A DNA stretch of 64,000 bases, taken from assembly GCA_963837955.1 (NCBI GenBank), contig CAWIPH010000002.1, positions 1,024,001 through 1,088,000 of the forward strand. Reading direction: 5' to 3'. Each line of letters begins with the position of its first letter. The stretch's first letter is position 1. Origin of the DNA: an uncultured Verrucomicrobiae bacterium (GTDB lineage: Bacteria > Verrucomicrobiota > Verrucomicrobiia > Chthoniobacterales > JAFAMB01). Below, one piece after another: positions 47,556 through 58,418 of the stretch. The position numbers and the translations under genes were made by a program. Below the pieces are notes generated by a model. It did no database searches, was not told where the DNA came from, and was given only the letters and a program-made list of their open reading frames with translations.

Positions 47556-48418
47556 TTGTGTGAAGTTCCGCTAATTGCCCGGGCCACAAACCTTCGTGGT
47601 GGATTCGCGATTGCATCTTGAGCGGCAATGAGCTGGATCTCGGGTGCGCCGTCTTCTGCTGTCTTTTCCAATACGGCAAAGATCGCGTTCACGGTGAGAT
47701 CCAGTGCCGTGCTGATCGACTGAGTTCGTAGCCAGTGAGCGAAAAAAAGTGCTGCGACCGCATCACCGGCACCGTTCACAGTGATCGGTAGCTTTGGCGT
47801 GGCGATCACGTATGCCGATTCAAGATCGGCAGCCAGCACTTCAATTTCGTCGCCGCGGCCGTCTTCCCGGCACAAACTGGTGACAAGAACAACTGAGGGA
47901 CCGCGTTCCTGCAGAGCTCGCACTGCCGCAAGCGCGGTCTGGATATCTCCCACGAGTGAACCAGCCAGGAATTGCAGCTCAAATTGATTTGGCGTGATGA
48001 GCGTGGCCGCCGGCAAAGCTCTGTCCCTCATAAATTCCGGAATGCCTGGTCGCACAAAGAATCCTCTATCGGTGTCGCCCATCACCGGGTCCAAGCAGTA
48101 TGTCGCCTTAGGATTTACGCGTCGTATACGCTGGTACACATCGAGTATCACTTCGCCGAGTTTAGCATCGCCGAGATAACCGCTGAGCACGCCATCACAG
48201 GTGGGCAGAACTCCCCGCTCTTCAATTCCCTGAACGATGTCGCGGACAACCTCTACCGGGAGGACCGCGCCGCGCCATTTACCGTAGCCAGTGTGATTGG
48301 AGAAATGGACCGTGTTCACTGGCCAGACTTCGACGCCGATGCGCTGAAGAGGGAAGACCGCGGCGCTGTTGCCAACGTGGCCGTAAGCAACGCTCGATTG
48401 GATGGAAAGAATGTTCAA
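47552..48418 (-). CDS. pdxY: Pyridoxal kinase
   Basis: SIQSSVAYGHVGNSAA, SNHTGY, DPVMGD, TPNQFE and GAGD. Confidence 0.93.
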   Translation of the reverse strand: MNILSIQSSVAYGHVGNSAAVFPLQRIGVEVWPVNTVHFSNHTGYGKWRGAVLPVEVVRDIVQGIEERGVLPTCDGVLSGYLGDAKLGEVILDVYQRIRRVNPKATYCLDPVMGDTDRGFFVRPGIPEFMRDRALPAATLITPNQFELQFLAGSLVGDIQTALAAVRALQERGPSVVLVTSLCREDGRGDEIEVLAADLESAYVIATPKLPITVNGAGDAVAALFFAHWLRTQSISTALDLTVNAIFAVLEKTAEDGAPEIQLIAAQDAIANPPRRFVARAISGTSHK

Positions 48419-48494
48419 GATAAGGGTCCAGTCCCCGAACTAACGACTTGCAGTTAACCGGGCTGCGTTCGATTCGCAACAAGAGGCCACGAAG

Positions 48495-48775
48495 AAAGAT
48501 TTTTTAAACAGGAGGTCGCAGAGGCCGAGTAGCCTGATGCTCCGCCTCAGGAGATTGGCGCCGTCGGAGGGTGCGCCGCTTGCGGCGCCCGTGAACGGCC
48601 CAACGCTCACCGAGGAATCGAGGTGAAAGATTCTGTTTCCGCGCATGTTGAACTGAAAGAAATTGCCGAGGACAATCGATCATCGTGGCCGCTCCCGGGC
48701 GCCGCAAGCGGCGCACCCTCCGAGGCGCCTTGGATTCCTGAGGCGGAGAAAGATTCTTAAACAGGAGATCACAGA
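48495..48775. repeat. Nested repeat: family C element (48564-48723) inside a family A REP (48528-48748), flanked by direct AAAGATTyT(T)TAAACAGGAGrTCrCAGA repeats
   Basis: 28-bp perfect IR at 48564-48591 / 48696-48723; the interrupted A element matches the empty copy at 8848. Confidence 0.85.
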
Positions 48776-48854
48776 CATCTCAAAGAGGGGATTCCGATTT
48801 TACCGAGCCCTCGCATTTTCAACGCAGGCGATGGCGGCTGGGCCGGCTACCAGA

Positions 48855-49781
48855 TCATACCCGCAACCTGACTCGCGCGAACTTCCGGAACATGCCTATC
48901 CCCAAGAGAAGTCCGGATCCGATGAGAATGTACCCATTGAAGGACAGCTCTGGAACAGGCGAAAGCAAGGCGTTAATCTGTGGGTCGTATTGGGTTAGAT
49001 CGGCAAAGACGTTTGTGCTGCCAACGCCGGCAGTGTTCAGAATCGATGTTCCAGCAGGTTGATTCGGGAGCACGCCCGTTGCGTCGAGCATACCGGCTAG
49101 TTGCCATTGACCCGCTTGGTGCACGAAAACTCCGCCACCCGAATCACCGGCAGTGAGGGCTGCGTTATTGGTTTGGTCCAAGAAATTGGTATAAAGCGCG
49201 GCGGTATTGTTGAGTCCCATTGTTTGCCCGGCGACGAGCCCGGTCCCCCAGCGTTCAACACCGGGTTGAGGGCCGCTCCACTGATAGCCGATGCGGTTGG
49301 CCAACGGGTCGCCGGCGAAAGTTTGGGTCCACGCGCCGCCATTGTCGATCCAGTAAGTGCGGTTAGCTAAGCGGTCTCTCCCGAAGCCGACCATGTAGAC
49401 CTGACTTCCGTTCGTTGGCGTTGAAGACGCAAAGCTGAGAGGTGCCAAACCCGGATTCCCACTAATTTGATAAAGGAAAACATCACTAAGCGAATTGTCT
49501 GCATTCAGCAGTTGATGGCCCGAACCTGCGATTGCGGAGTAGCTCGTACCGCCCAGTACGAATGGCCCCAACCCAACGTGATTCGCAGTGAGCACCCAGG
49601 ATTTGCCGTTATAGTTCCCTAGGAAAATACCCGAGGCGACATTGTTGACTGTTCCGACATACCCGAAGGGGAGCCCTGTGCCCGGATCGGTGGTATTCGT
49701 GGTGCTATTCCCGGAGGCCAGAATAACGGCCCGAAGCTCGATAGCATGGAATCCAAGGAGCAGAACCAAGCAGATCCGCAT
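48855..49781 (-). CDS. Secreted trypsin-like serine protease with PEP-CTERM-like (VPE) sorting tail
   Basis: Signal peptide; LTANHV (His), SDVFLY (Asp) and GDSGGG (Ser); VPE + TM + RKFARVRLRV. Confidence 0.8.
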   Translation of the reverse strand: MRICLVLLLGFHAIELRAVILASGNSTTNTTDPGTGLPFGYVGTVNNVASGIFLGNYNGKSWVLTANHVGLGPFVLGGTSYSAIAGSGHQLLNADNSLSDVFLYQISGNPGLAPLSFASSTPTNGSQVYMVGFGRDRLANRTYWIDNGGAWTQTFAGDPLANRIGYQWSGPQPGVERWGTGLVAGQTMGLNNTAALYTNFLDQTNNAALTAGDSGGGVFVHQAGQWQLAGMLDATGVLPNQPAGTSILNTAGVGSTNVFADLTQYDPQINALLSPVPELSFNGYILIGSGLLLGIGMFRKFARVRLRV

Positions 49782-50055
49782 CCAACATCCGCATTGTCGA
49801 GGAGTAACCATGAGCCGGTCGGCTCGTGATTATGAATATTATCGAAAACATGTAAATAATGAAAAACATGTCTATTCACGATGGTGCGAACTGAAAACGG
49901 GATAGCCAAGAAGCAAAAGGCCGATCCGCATCGACCACTCTCATAGGCTTCCGGAGAGCGTGAGTGATTTAGATGGTTCTTCTAGATTTGATCCGGCTGG
50001 AACGGCCACAAGGAGAGGCCCGGCTAGGAATGGTGGAGACAACACTTATACTCGC

Positions 50056-51108
50056 TCAAGGCACCTTCGGCTGCGCTTGGCCAGGATCGGTCCCCATCGA
50101 TTTTTGGATCGCGGGAAGACCATGTCTCCGCCACACCCGACCGCCCTCGATTAGCTGCCAGACGATGAGTCCGGGCACCCCGAGCGCCAGTTCGCGCACC
50201 CTTCGGATCAGGGCCAGAGCGAACGCCGCCTCTCCCGGTATACCTAACATTCCACCAACGAAAAGATATCCGCCCTCATGTACGCCGATAGCGCCGGGAA
50301 TGAAGAAAAGCGCCGAGCGCACCCCCTGCCCAACACTTTCGAGGATGAGCGCTTTATCGAATCCTGCCGGCACACCCAGGGCGTTCAGCCCGATCCAGAC
50401 CTCGGCCGAGCCAATTACCCAAGAAGTCATCGTGCATAGGCAACAGGCGAAGATTGCGTGCCACCGCGCGTAGATGTCGCGAAGAACCGCGTCTACTTCG
50501 CCACCTTTGCCGGCCAGCGAACGCCACTTTGGATCGCTAGCCCAACGTGAGACGATGGTTGTGAACAGGCGAAACATGCCCAGTCGCTGGACAACATAAA
50601 AACCTGCGACGGCCACAATGGCCAACGGTGCCCCAGCCAGGGCTGGTCCCATCAGGTTCGTTTGGCCGGTTGCCAGAATAAGTAAGCCTAAACCCAACAG
50701 GGTAAAAAAGGTTTGGGTAAATACGCTCACCGTGATGTCGACAAGCACAGTCGCCGTCGCTACAGCCATACGAGTGCCGTTCAGCACCGCCAACCGGGCC
50801 CGCACAAAATCGCCGCCCACCTGCGCAGCGGGAAGAAGGTTGCTAACCGATTCGCCCAGCCAACGTATCCAGAAAATTTTGCGATACCGTACCTGTTCCC
50901 GTCCCGGAAAGAGTACCCACCAGCCCATCCCGTCCAATAACATCGGGATCAGATGACAAGCGGCGATCACCGCTAGCCACCAGCCCACGGCAGCCAAAGC
51001 CCGAACCACATCAGACGCGCCTTGACGGACAAGTAGAATCGTAAAGAGCGCGGCTCCGGCCAAGCCGAGCAGGTAAGCTGTGAATTGAATTTTCGGAGGG
51101 TGTTTCAA
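50056..51108 (-). CDS. Lysylphosphatidylglycerol synthase TM / flippase-like membrane protein (HpnL-like)
   Basis: Multi-TM; ESVSNLLPAAQVGGD, PGAIGVHEGG and RRVREL. Confidence 0.82.
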   Translation of the reverse strand: MKHPPKIQFTAYLLGLAGAALFTILLVRQGASDVVRALAAVGWWLAVIAACHLIPMLLDGMGWWVLFPGREQVRYRKIFWIRWLGESVSNLLPAAQVGGDFVRARLAVLNGTRMAVATATVLVDITVSVFTQTFFTLLGLGLLILATGQTNLMGPALAGAPLAIVAVAGFYVVQRLGMFRLFTTIVSRWASDPKWRSLAGKGGEVDAVLRDIYARWHAIFACCLCTMTSWVIGSAEVWIGLNALGVPAGFDKALILESVGQGVRSALFFIPGAIGVHEGGYLFVGGMLGIPGEAAFALALIRRVRELALGVPGLIVWQLIEGGRVWRRHGLPAIQKSMGTDPGQAQPKVP

Positions 51109-51201
51109 TGTTCTCTCAATAAAGACTCCGGGCGGGTTAGCGCAATAGGCGGCGTCGTAGCATTTGCGGATTCTAAGTCCGGTATTTCTGTGTTCCTTGT
51201 C

Positions 51202-51645
51202 TCATTTCGGCTGCTCGTTGATGAGCAACCAATAATGGCCGGCTAACGCGACAGCTTCAGAGAAGTTATCGAAGTTGACCGGCTTGACGATGTAGCTGTT
51301 GACGCCGAGTCGGTAGCTTTCAACGAGGTCTTGTTCTTCCTGCGAAGAGGTGAGGATAACCACCGGGATCAGTCTGGTTTCTTCGCGCGAGCGCAGTTGG
51401 CGAAGCACTTCCAGCCCATCGATTTTCGGGAGTTTTAGATCGAGCAACACTAGCTTCGGCTTGTGATTTGTGTCGCGACCCGAATGAGACCCGTTGCCGA
51501 AAAGCCAGTTACTGGCTTCCTCGCCGTCTCTAACGTGCAAGACGTTATTAGCGAGTCTGCGTTTTCGTAATGCGCGGAGAGTCAGCTCAGCGTCGTGAGG
51601 GTTGTCTTCGACCAAGAGGATTTCGACCGCATTTGGAGTTGGCAT
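51202..51645 (-). CDS. Single-domain response regulator (Rcp1-like)
   Basis: [20 protein letters not shown] and NSYIVKP. Confidence 0.93.
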   Translation of the reverse strand: MPTPNAVEILLVEDNPHDAELTLRALRKRRLANNVLHVRDGEEASNWLFGNGSHSGRDTNHKPKLVLLDLKLPKIDGLEVLRQLRSREETRLIPVVILTSSQEEQDLVESYRLGVNSYIVKPVNFDNFSEAVALAGHYWLLINEQPK

Positions 51646-51646
51646 T

Positions 51647-52816
51647 TTACTCCTCCTTTCTGGCAGGCAACGCGAAATAGAAAGTCGCACCCTGGCCGAG
51701 TTTCGATTCTGCCCAAACCCTTCCACCATGCCGAAGGACGATACGCTGCACCAGCGCCAGTCCCACACCGGTGCCGGCAAATTCATCGCGAGTGTGTAGC
51801 CGTTCGAACACGCCGAACAACCTCGCGCTATATTTTTCATCAAAGCCCACGCCGTTGTCTTTCACGTAATACACATTTTGGTTGTCAGCGAGCCATCCTC
51901 CAACCTCTATGATTGGATCCTTTCGTGCCCCGGAGAATTTGATAGCGTTGTCCAGGAGATTGACGAAGACCTGGCCCAGCATAGCTGGATCCCCTCGCGT
52001 GGTCGGAAGCGTTTTCATGTTCAATTCGGGTGCCTTGGTGAGGTCGACCGCGACGAGTGTCTCAAAAGCGCTCGTGGCCAATGCCGTCATGTCAATGTCC
52101 ATGAACGCCAACTGCTGCCGGCCCAGGCGAGAGAAAGCCAGCAAATCGTCGATCAATTGACCCATGCGTTTGGCCTCACTACAAATTACTGCCAGCAGGC
52201 GCTTGCCTTCATCGTCGAGTTTACTCGCATGATCTTCTAGAATGAGCTGGGAGTAACCGATGACGGCTCGCAAGGGGGCACGCAAATCATGCGAGACAGA
52301 GTAGGAAAAGGCCTCTAGTTCTTGGTTGATAACTCCTAACTCGGCGGTGCGCAGGCGTACCCGCTCTTCCAATTCTCCGGTCAGTTTGTGAAATTGCGCT
52401 TCGGCCCTCAGCCGGTCGGTGATGTCATGCGCAAGAATGAGTTTCGCTTTTTTTTCTCCGAAAAGAAAACGATGCGACGTCACTTCTACATCGATCAAAG
52501 TGCCGTTTTTCTTCCGGTGTCTCCAAATACTCGTAACATTTGCAGCGGAACGATTAGCTGCGACGTCCGCGATTAGGGCCGGGATATCTTCCTCCGGTCG
52601 GATGTCTTTGATCGTCATCGCCAGAAATTCTTCCCGCGAATAGCCGTAGTGCCGAATGGCCGCGTCGTTGACCGTCAGAAAACGAAGTGTTGCCGAGTCG
52701 TAAACCCACATCGGCAGCGGATTATGCTCAAACAAAAGTTGGTATCGAGCTTCCGAATACCGCTCCTGTTCGTCGGCTTCGTTGTTGTCATTTTCGCTCC
52801 GAGATTCAGCGCTCAT
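51647..52816 (-). CDS. Cytoplasmic PAS-domain sensor histidine kinase
   Basis: PAS ending [36 protein letters not shown]. Confidence 0.95.
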   Translation of the reverse strand: MSAESRSENDNNEADEQERYSEARYQLLFEHNPLPMWVYDSATLRFLTVNDAAIRHYGYSREEFLAMTIKDIRPEEDIPALIADVAANRSAANVTSIWRHRKKNGTLIDVEVTSHRFLFGEKKAKLILAHDITDRLRAEAQFHKLTGELEERVRLRTAELGVINQELEAFSYSVSHDLRAPLRAVIGYSQLILEDHASKLDDEGKRLLAVICSEAKRMGQLIDDLLAFSRLGRQQLAFMDIDMTALATSAFETLVAVDLTKAPELNMKTLPTTRGDPAMLGQVFVNLLDNAIKFSGARKDPIIEVGGWLADNQNVYYVKDNGVGFDEKYSARLFGVFERLHTRDEFAGTGVGLALVQRIVLRHGGRVWAESKLGQGATFYFALPARKEE

Positions 52817-53480
52817 CTCTGTTTGTTTGCCCGCGTCTATTTCGAATGAAGCAATGTATTTGGAACAATCCGGGATGGCGACACCGAGATCTTTGAGCCT
52901 GTTTGAACCGTCCGGACGGATAGTCGTATCTGAATCGATTTATCCCTGCATACCTATTGGACGTTTTTTTAGGCTGTACCGATGCATATTTTTTGGTCGC
53001 ATAGCCTACTAACGCTCCGATGATGCTCCCCGGATCTATGATCTGGAATAGTAGTATTCACCAGTATCCGAAGGAAGGGCCGCAACCAAGAACGCGAGCG
53101 GGAAACCAACCGCTAGCCCGAAAAGTCCCCCCCAAGTTACCGAACGCACTTTGCGGGCAAACAGGCCAGCGGCGACTCCGGCGATGCCTGGACGGAGTCG
53201 TGGGAAACGCGCCACCCTGAAAATATCCGATTTTTACGGCCATTTTTGTCTCCGAGACTTGGCGATCCTTTGTCGCCTGTCCCGCTCAACCAACATTATT
53301 AACAGAATTATCGAGTCTCCGTCGAGTCCGGAACGAATTTCTACAAGCCCGCTCTTCTCCTGTTCTCCAGGGAGGGGGTGCGGGCCTGCCCACCCTCCCC
53401 ATCGGAGCCTGGTCAGCATTCCGAGGAGGAGGACGACGAGCACGAGAACAAAAATCCCCGCGAACACCCAAGATTTCCAA

Positions 53481-55826
53481 CTAGGAAGTCGCAACGGTAT
53501 CAGGATCCCGGACAACACTTTGCCGCAAACGTCTACTGGCTTGGACCAGGTTCTCCAGAGCAGGGACAACTTCCTCCCATCGGCGCGTCTTTAAGCCGCA
53601 ATCGGGATTCACCCAAAGCTGCTCAGGTGTAAGCACTACTAACGCCTTGCGCAGTAAATTCTCCATTTCGTCCACCGTTGGTACCCGTGGAGAGTGGATA
53701 TCCCACACCCCAGGACCGATGTCCGCCGGATACCGAAATTGGACAAAAGCAGCGAGTAGCTCCATCCGCGAACGTGAAGTCTCGATCGAGATTACGTCAG
53801 CGTCGAGCGCTGCGATGGACTCAATGATATCGTTAAACTCTGAATAGCACATGTGCGTGTGAATCTGGGTTTCATCCCGCACTCCAGCCGCCGCAAAACG
53901 AAATGCCTCCGCGGCCCATTGCAGGTAGGTGCTTCGATCGGCTTGTCGAAGCGGCAACCCTTCCCGAAATGCCGGCTCGTCAATTTGGATAATCCCAATC
54001 CCGGCGGCTTCGAGATCACGCACTTCGTCGCGGAGCGCCAAAGCGATCTGACGGGCCGATTCCTGTCTTGGCTGATCATCCCGGACAAAGCTCCACTGCA
54101 GTATGGTGACCGGACCAGTGAGCATCCCTTTCATCGGGCGTCGAGTGAGAGATGCGGCATACTGCGACCACCGCACCGTCATCGGCCGTGGCCGCGATAC
54201 GTCGCCGTAGAGGAGGGGCGGTTTCACGCAGCGTGTACCATAACTCTGGACCCAGCCATTCTTCGTGAAGGCGAAGCCTTCCAGTTGTTCACCGAAATAT
54301 TCGACCATATCGTTCCTTTCGAACTCGCCATGGGCGAGCACATCCAAGTCGATCCGTTCCTGCAAATCCACCGCGTTGCGGATTTCTGACTCAATGAACT
54401 GGTCGTATTGCTTCTCTGTCCATTCGCCTCGCTTTTGCCGCGCTCGAGCTGCACGCACTTCCGTGGTTTGCGGAAAAGAGCCGATGACAGTGGTGGGAAA
54501 GAGTGGCAGACCGAAGCGGCGCCGTTGCACTTGCTTGCGTTCGGCAAACGGAGATCTGCGATGTGTCTCGGAATCCGATATCCCTTTTAGGCGTGCGCGG
54601 ATAGCGTCGTTTTGGGTGCGTAGACTATTCCTTCGGGCCATCTGTGCTACTGCGTTGTCGCGAAGCGCTTCGGAGGCTGACCCTGCTAACGCTTTTCCGA
54701 GGGTTACTACTTCCTGAAGTTTCTCGTCCGCGAAAGCAAGCCAACGACGGAGTTCCGCATCGAGTTGATTTTCGTTCTGCAGCGAAACCGGCACGTGCAA
54801 AAGCGAACATGACGGCGCGACCCAGAGCCGTTCGGCTCCGAGCTTTGTTTGCGCCTTTCGTAGAAGCGAAAGAGATTTAGAAAAGTCGTTGCGCCAGACG
54901 TTGCGGCCATCTACTACACCAACGCTGAGAACGGTACTCGATGGTAGCGCTTCGAGGAGTGGATCCAGATCATGTGGTGCGCGCACGGCGTCAACATGCA
55001 GCCCATCCACCGGCATCCCGGCGAAGGTCGCGAGATTGTCACGCAAATCGCCAAAGTAACTGGCAACCAATAATCGTAATTGGGGTAGGCGGGTCCGCAG
55101 CAAGGTATAGGTGGAGAGTAGTGCGGCCCGCTCGGAATCCGTGAGATCGAGAGCAAAGATCGGTTCGTCGAGCTGAACCCACGTAGCCCCTTCCGCCCCA
55201 AGTAGCTCGAGTACCTGGCAATAGACAGGAAGAAGGCGATCGAGCAGTGCTAACGGGCTGAATCCATCGGAACCATGATATTTTCCGAGCCGTAGAAATG
55301 TCACGGGTCCAATCAGCACGGGGACCGTTCGGATTCCCAGTGCCAAGGCCTCTCGAAATTCCTCTACCGGTTTACTGGTCGCCAAGCGAAACGATGTCTG
55401 CGCATCGAATTCAGGAACAAGGTAGTGATAGTTCGTATCGAACCACTTCGTCATCTCTAGTGCCACAGCCGCACCTTGAATGTGATTTGCGTCATGAGTT
55501 CCCACATCGCCGCGAGCCATCTTGAAATAGGTGGTCAGGTCTACCGAAGCGTCGCTCCAACCGAAGCGCTTCGGCACACAGCCCACCAGGGCGGCCGTGT
55601 CGCACATCTGGTCGTAGAAACTGAAGTCGTTGCTAGGGATTAAGTCGATCCCAAGGGTTTGTTGTCTTTGCCAGTGATTCCGTCGCAGCTTCGCCGCAAT
55701 AGCCAGAAGCTCGGTTTCGGCAATGGTACCGTTCCAAAATGCTTCCGTAGCTCGTTTGAGTTCCCGGTTTTCGCCGATGCGCGGATAGCCGAGATTATGG
55801 GTCTTGATCTGTGCAAATGTCTGCAT
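53481..55826 (-). CDS. metE: Cobalamin-independent methionine synthase
   Basis: LGYPRIG, KWFDTNYHY, HTHMCY and WVNPDCGLKTR. Confidence 0.98.
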   Translation of the reverse strand: MQTFAQIKTHNLGYPRIGENRELKRATEAFWNGTIAETELLAIAAKLRRNHWQRQQTLGIDLIPSNDFSFYDQMCDTAALVGCVPKRFGWSDASVDLTTYFKMARGDVGTHDANHIQGAAVALEMTKWFDTNYHYLVPEFDAQTSFRLATSKPVEEFREALALGIRTVPVLIGPVTFLRLGKYHGSDGFSPLALLDRLLPVYCQVLELLGAEGATWVQLDEPIFALDLTDSERAALLSTYTLLRTRLPQLRLLVASYFGDLRDNLATFAGMPVDGLHVDAVRAPHDLDPLLEALPSSTVLSVGVVDGRNVWRNDFSKSLSLLRKAQTKLGAERLWVAPSCSLLHVPVSLQNENQLDAELRRWLAFADEKLQEVVTLGKALAGSASEALRDNAVAQMARRNSLRTQNDAIRARLKGISDSETHRRSPFAERKQVQRRRFGLPLFPTTVIGSFPQTTEVRAARARQKRGEWTEKQYDQFIESEIRNAVDLQERIDLDVLAHGEFERNDMVEYFGEQLEGFAFTKNGWVQSYGTRCVKPPLLYGDVSRPRPMTVRWSQYAASLTRRPMKGMLTGPVTILQWSFVRDDQPRQESARQIALALRDEVRDLEAAGIGIIQIDEPAFREGLPLRQADRSTYLQWAAEAFRFAAAGVRDETQIHTHMCYSEFNDIIESIAALDADVISIETSRSRMELLAAFVQFRYPADIGPGVWDIHSPRVPTVDEMENLLRKALVVLTPEQLWVNPDCGLKTRRWEEVVPALENLVQASRRLRQSVVRDPDTVATS

Positions 55827-55974
55827 GGTCTGTCTTCTATGTGGTGCGCGGCTGCCCAACCGCAGTCAGTTTCTGCGAGGAGACCGACACAACCCTTCGG
55901 CCATGCAACGGGTCTCACTCCCATCGTAGGCGCGACGGGTGCCCGCGTTTCCAAACGCGGGTCTTGATGAGCAC

Positions 55975-56150
55975 GATTGAGCAGGTCTTCTGACTCTGGA
56001 GTTATCCTCTGGTCCCACCTTACCATTCCTTGCGGAACAGTGGCGTTTCGGAACCTTCGTCGTCCATCACAGCGGCGCTACCGTTCGGGATTTGCACCCG
56101 ATTCCCTATTCTCCTCTGACCGTAATCAGAGGCACTCACTCGTGTTTCGA
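55975..56150 (-). promoter_or_regulatory. Cobalamin riboswitch upstream of metE
   Basis: Minus strand reads AATAGGGAA, GGTGCAAATCC, GCCGCTGTGA, GCCACTG and the B12 box AGTCAGAAGACCTGC. Confidence 0.93.
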
Positions 56151-56399
56151 GGCTTTCGCCCCAAGCTATTCAAAGAACCCTCAAAAGAAATTATCTTCGA
56201 GACGCTTCTAAACTGCTCTCAGTTTGATGCTCTGTCACGCGGGTTTCAGAACGTTTTTTGCTCCACTTCGGCTTCGAGAAGATCTGAGCCGACAATTCGA
56301 CTTCCCCCTGATGACGCGGTGACAAATCGGCCGGCATAACATTACGGCTACTCCCTGTCGGCAAACGTAACCTCGGTGATCCGCTCTGATCGAGACTAG

Positions 56400-58073
56400 C
56401 TAGTTTTTGGCGTCCAGACAGTCGCGCACTTTGCCCAAGAACTTGTCCAATTGGAACGGTTTCTCACAGAAATCCGCGTGCATGCGTAGCGGGGAATCGT
56501 TGCCCAAAACATCGTCGGTATAACCACTGCAATAAATTACTTTAAGCTCGGGTTTCTCTGAACGCATTTGCTCGGCCAGAGCTCGTCCGCCGATGCCTCC
56601 AGGCATTACCATGTCCGTCACGACCAAGTCGATAGCGGCCCGGTCTTGTCGCCAAATCTCCAAAGCGGCAACGCCGGAAACAGCGGCGAGAGTTCGATAT
56701 CCGTGATGCTCTAACACGTTCCGCATCAACTGGCGCACGGCTTCTTCATCCTCAACCAGTAGGATCGTTTCGGTACCTCCCCGTATGTTTGGCGTCTTGG
56801 CGGGTCGGGCTGTGGACTCCCTGATTTTGGCTGATCTTGGCAGATACAAATGAAAGGTGGTTCCGACATTCACCTCGCTCTCCACCTCGATCCACCCGCG
56901 ATGCTGTTCGACGATACTAAAGACGGTAGCCAGCCCGAGCCCAGTGCCTTTACCCAATTCTTTGGTGGTGAAAAACGGTTCGAAGATATGAGGTAAATGC
57001 TCTGCAGCAATACCAGTGCCCGTATCGCCAACGCTAAGGCGCACATACTCGCCGGGCCGCCGAGATCGCCCTTCGGCTTCATTTTCGACTCGAGCCGTTT
57101 GGAGAACTATTCGTCCGCCCTTGGGCATGGCGTCGCGCGAATTGACGGCGAAATTGACTAGCACCTGTTCCATCATGCCTGGGTCCACATGCACAGGTGC
57201 GCCGCCTCGGGCGTATCGAGTCTCCAGAGCAATGTGCTCCCCGATGAGACGCTGTAGCATGCTGGCGACGTTTGCGACGACCGCGTTCAAATCGAGGTTT
57301 TGAGGTTCCATTAGTTGACGGCGCCCAAAGGTCAACAAATGGCGGGTTAGGCTGGCCGCTCGGTCAGCGGCGGCGGCGATTTCGGCTGCGGCGCAGGCCT
57401 GTTCTGTTCTTGATAGCTGGCCCGTTCGCAGGAGTGACGCGTTGCCCTTGATCACGGTCAAGATATTGTTGAAATCGTGAGCGATGCCGCCGGCCAACTG
57501 GCCGAGCGCTTCCATCTTTTGGGCTTGGCGCAACCGCTCCTCCAGAAGCTGGCGTTCAATCCCGATTCCCGCGAGGTGGGTAGTACTCTCGATGAGTTGA
57601 ATCTCGGTCCGGGTGGGAGCCCGTACTTCACGGTAGTACATGGCGAACGTGCCCAGCACTTTCGCTTGGCGCGAAAAGATCGGAGTTGACCAGCACGCTC
57701 GAAGCCCATGCGGCGCCGCCAGATGACGATATGCCGCCCAGAGTGGGTCGCTCCGGATGTCAGTGACGATGACTTGCTCTTTCCGATACGCAGCTGTCCC
57801 GCACGATCCAGCGTTTGGACCGATCGCACAGCCATCAATAGCTTTAGTATAAACCTCGGGAAGACTCGGCGCTGCGCCATGCCGCAGGTGCTTTCCATTT
57901 GGACCTAAAAGCAGGACAGAGCAGAGCATTCCCTTGCATTGGGATTCGTTAAGGCGCATCAGCTTTTCCAGCACGTCCTCCAATGGCGCGCCTCTGGCAA
58001 TCATTTCGAGGATTCCGTTTTGTCCCGCGCGCAAGGCTTTTGCCCGCTGGCGCTCGGCGAAGTTGTGAATCAT
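56400..58073 (-). CDS. Hybrid sensor kinase (GAF-HisKA-HATPase-REC)
   Basis: [39 protein letters not shown]-terminal receiver. Confidence 0.93.
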   Translation of the reverse strand: MIHNFAERQRAKALRAGQNGILEMIARGAPLEDVLEKLMRLNESQCKGMLCSVLLLGPNGKHLRHGAAPSLPEVYTKAIDGCAIGPNAGSCGTAAYRKEQVIVTDIRSDPLWAAYRHLAAPHGLRACWSTPIFSRQAKVLGTFAMYYREVRAPTRTEIQLIESTTHLAGIGIERQLLEERLRQAQKMEALGQLAGGIAHDFNNILTVIKGNASLLRTGQLSRTEQACAAAEIAAAADRAASLTRHLLTFGRRQLMEPQNLDLNAVVANVASMLQRLIGEHIALETRYARGGAPVHVDPGMMEQVLVNFAVNSRDAMPKGGRIVLQTARVENEAEGRSRRPGEYVRLSVGDTGTGIAAEHLPHIFEPFFTTKELGKGTGLGLATVFSIVEQHRGWIEVESEVNVGTTFHLYLPRSAKIRESTARPAKTPNIRGGTETILLVEDEEAVRQLMRNVLEHHGYRTLAAVSGVAALEIWRQDRAAIDLVVTDMVMPGGIGGRALAEQMRSEKPELKVIYCSGYTDDVLGNDSPLRMHADFCEKPFQLDKFLGKVRDCLDAKN

Positions 58074-58418
58074 GGTTTGGCTTTCGAGCAGAGCCCAAGT
58101 CAGAACGAAATGGCCAGTTGACGCATTTATTCCCGGGAGGTGCGATCGGACCTTGCGGTCAGATGCCTTTGAAACAATTCTTTTTGCTCGATGTTCATCA
58201 GTTGCGGGCTGCGTCCCAAGCGACAACAGCAAGTACAGTCTAAGGGAAAGAGCCCGAAGATTGCCAGCTAAGATCTACGAAGAAAAAATGGTCTTCCTCA
58301 GCGCCTTTCACCAATCGCGACAAAAAATCGCCTACCGGTTGGGTGAATTTCCTGTTCGCTTGTTCCTCCCTGGAACTTGTCTAAGATGAAGAAACCGCGG
58401 ATAAAGGATTGTCAACGA

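Noticed and set aside
53234..53569. 111-aa hydrophobic ORF overlapping the metE end
   Set aside because: The VLVLVVLLL stretch arises from a GACGAG-type low-complexity repeat, and the ORF overlaps metE
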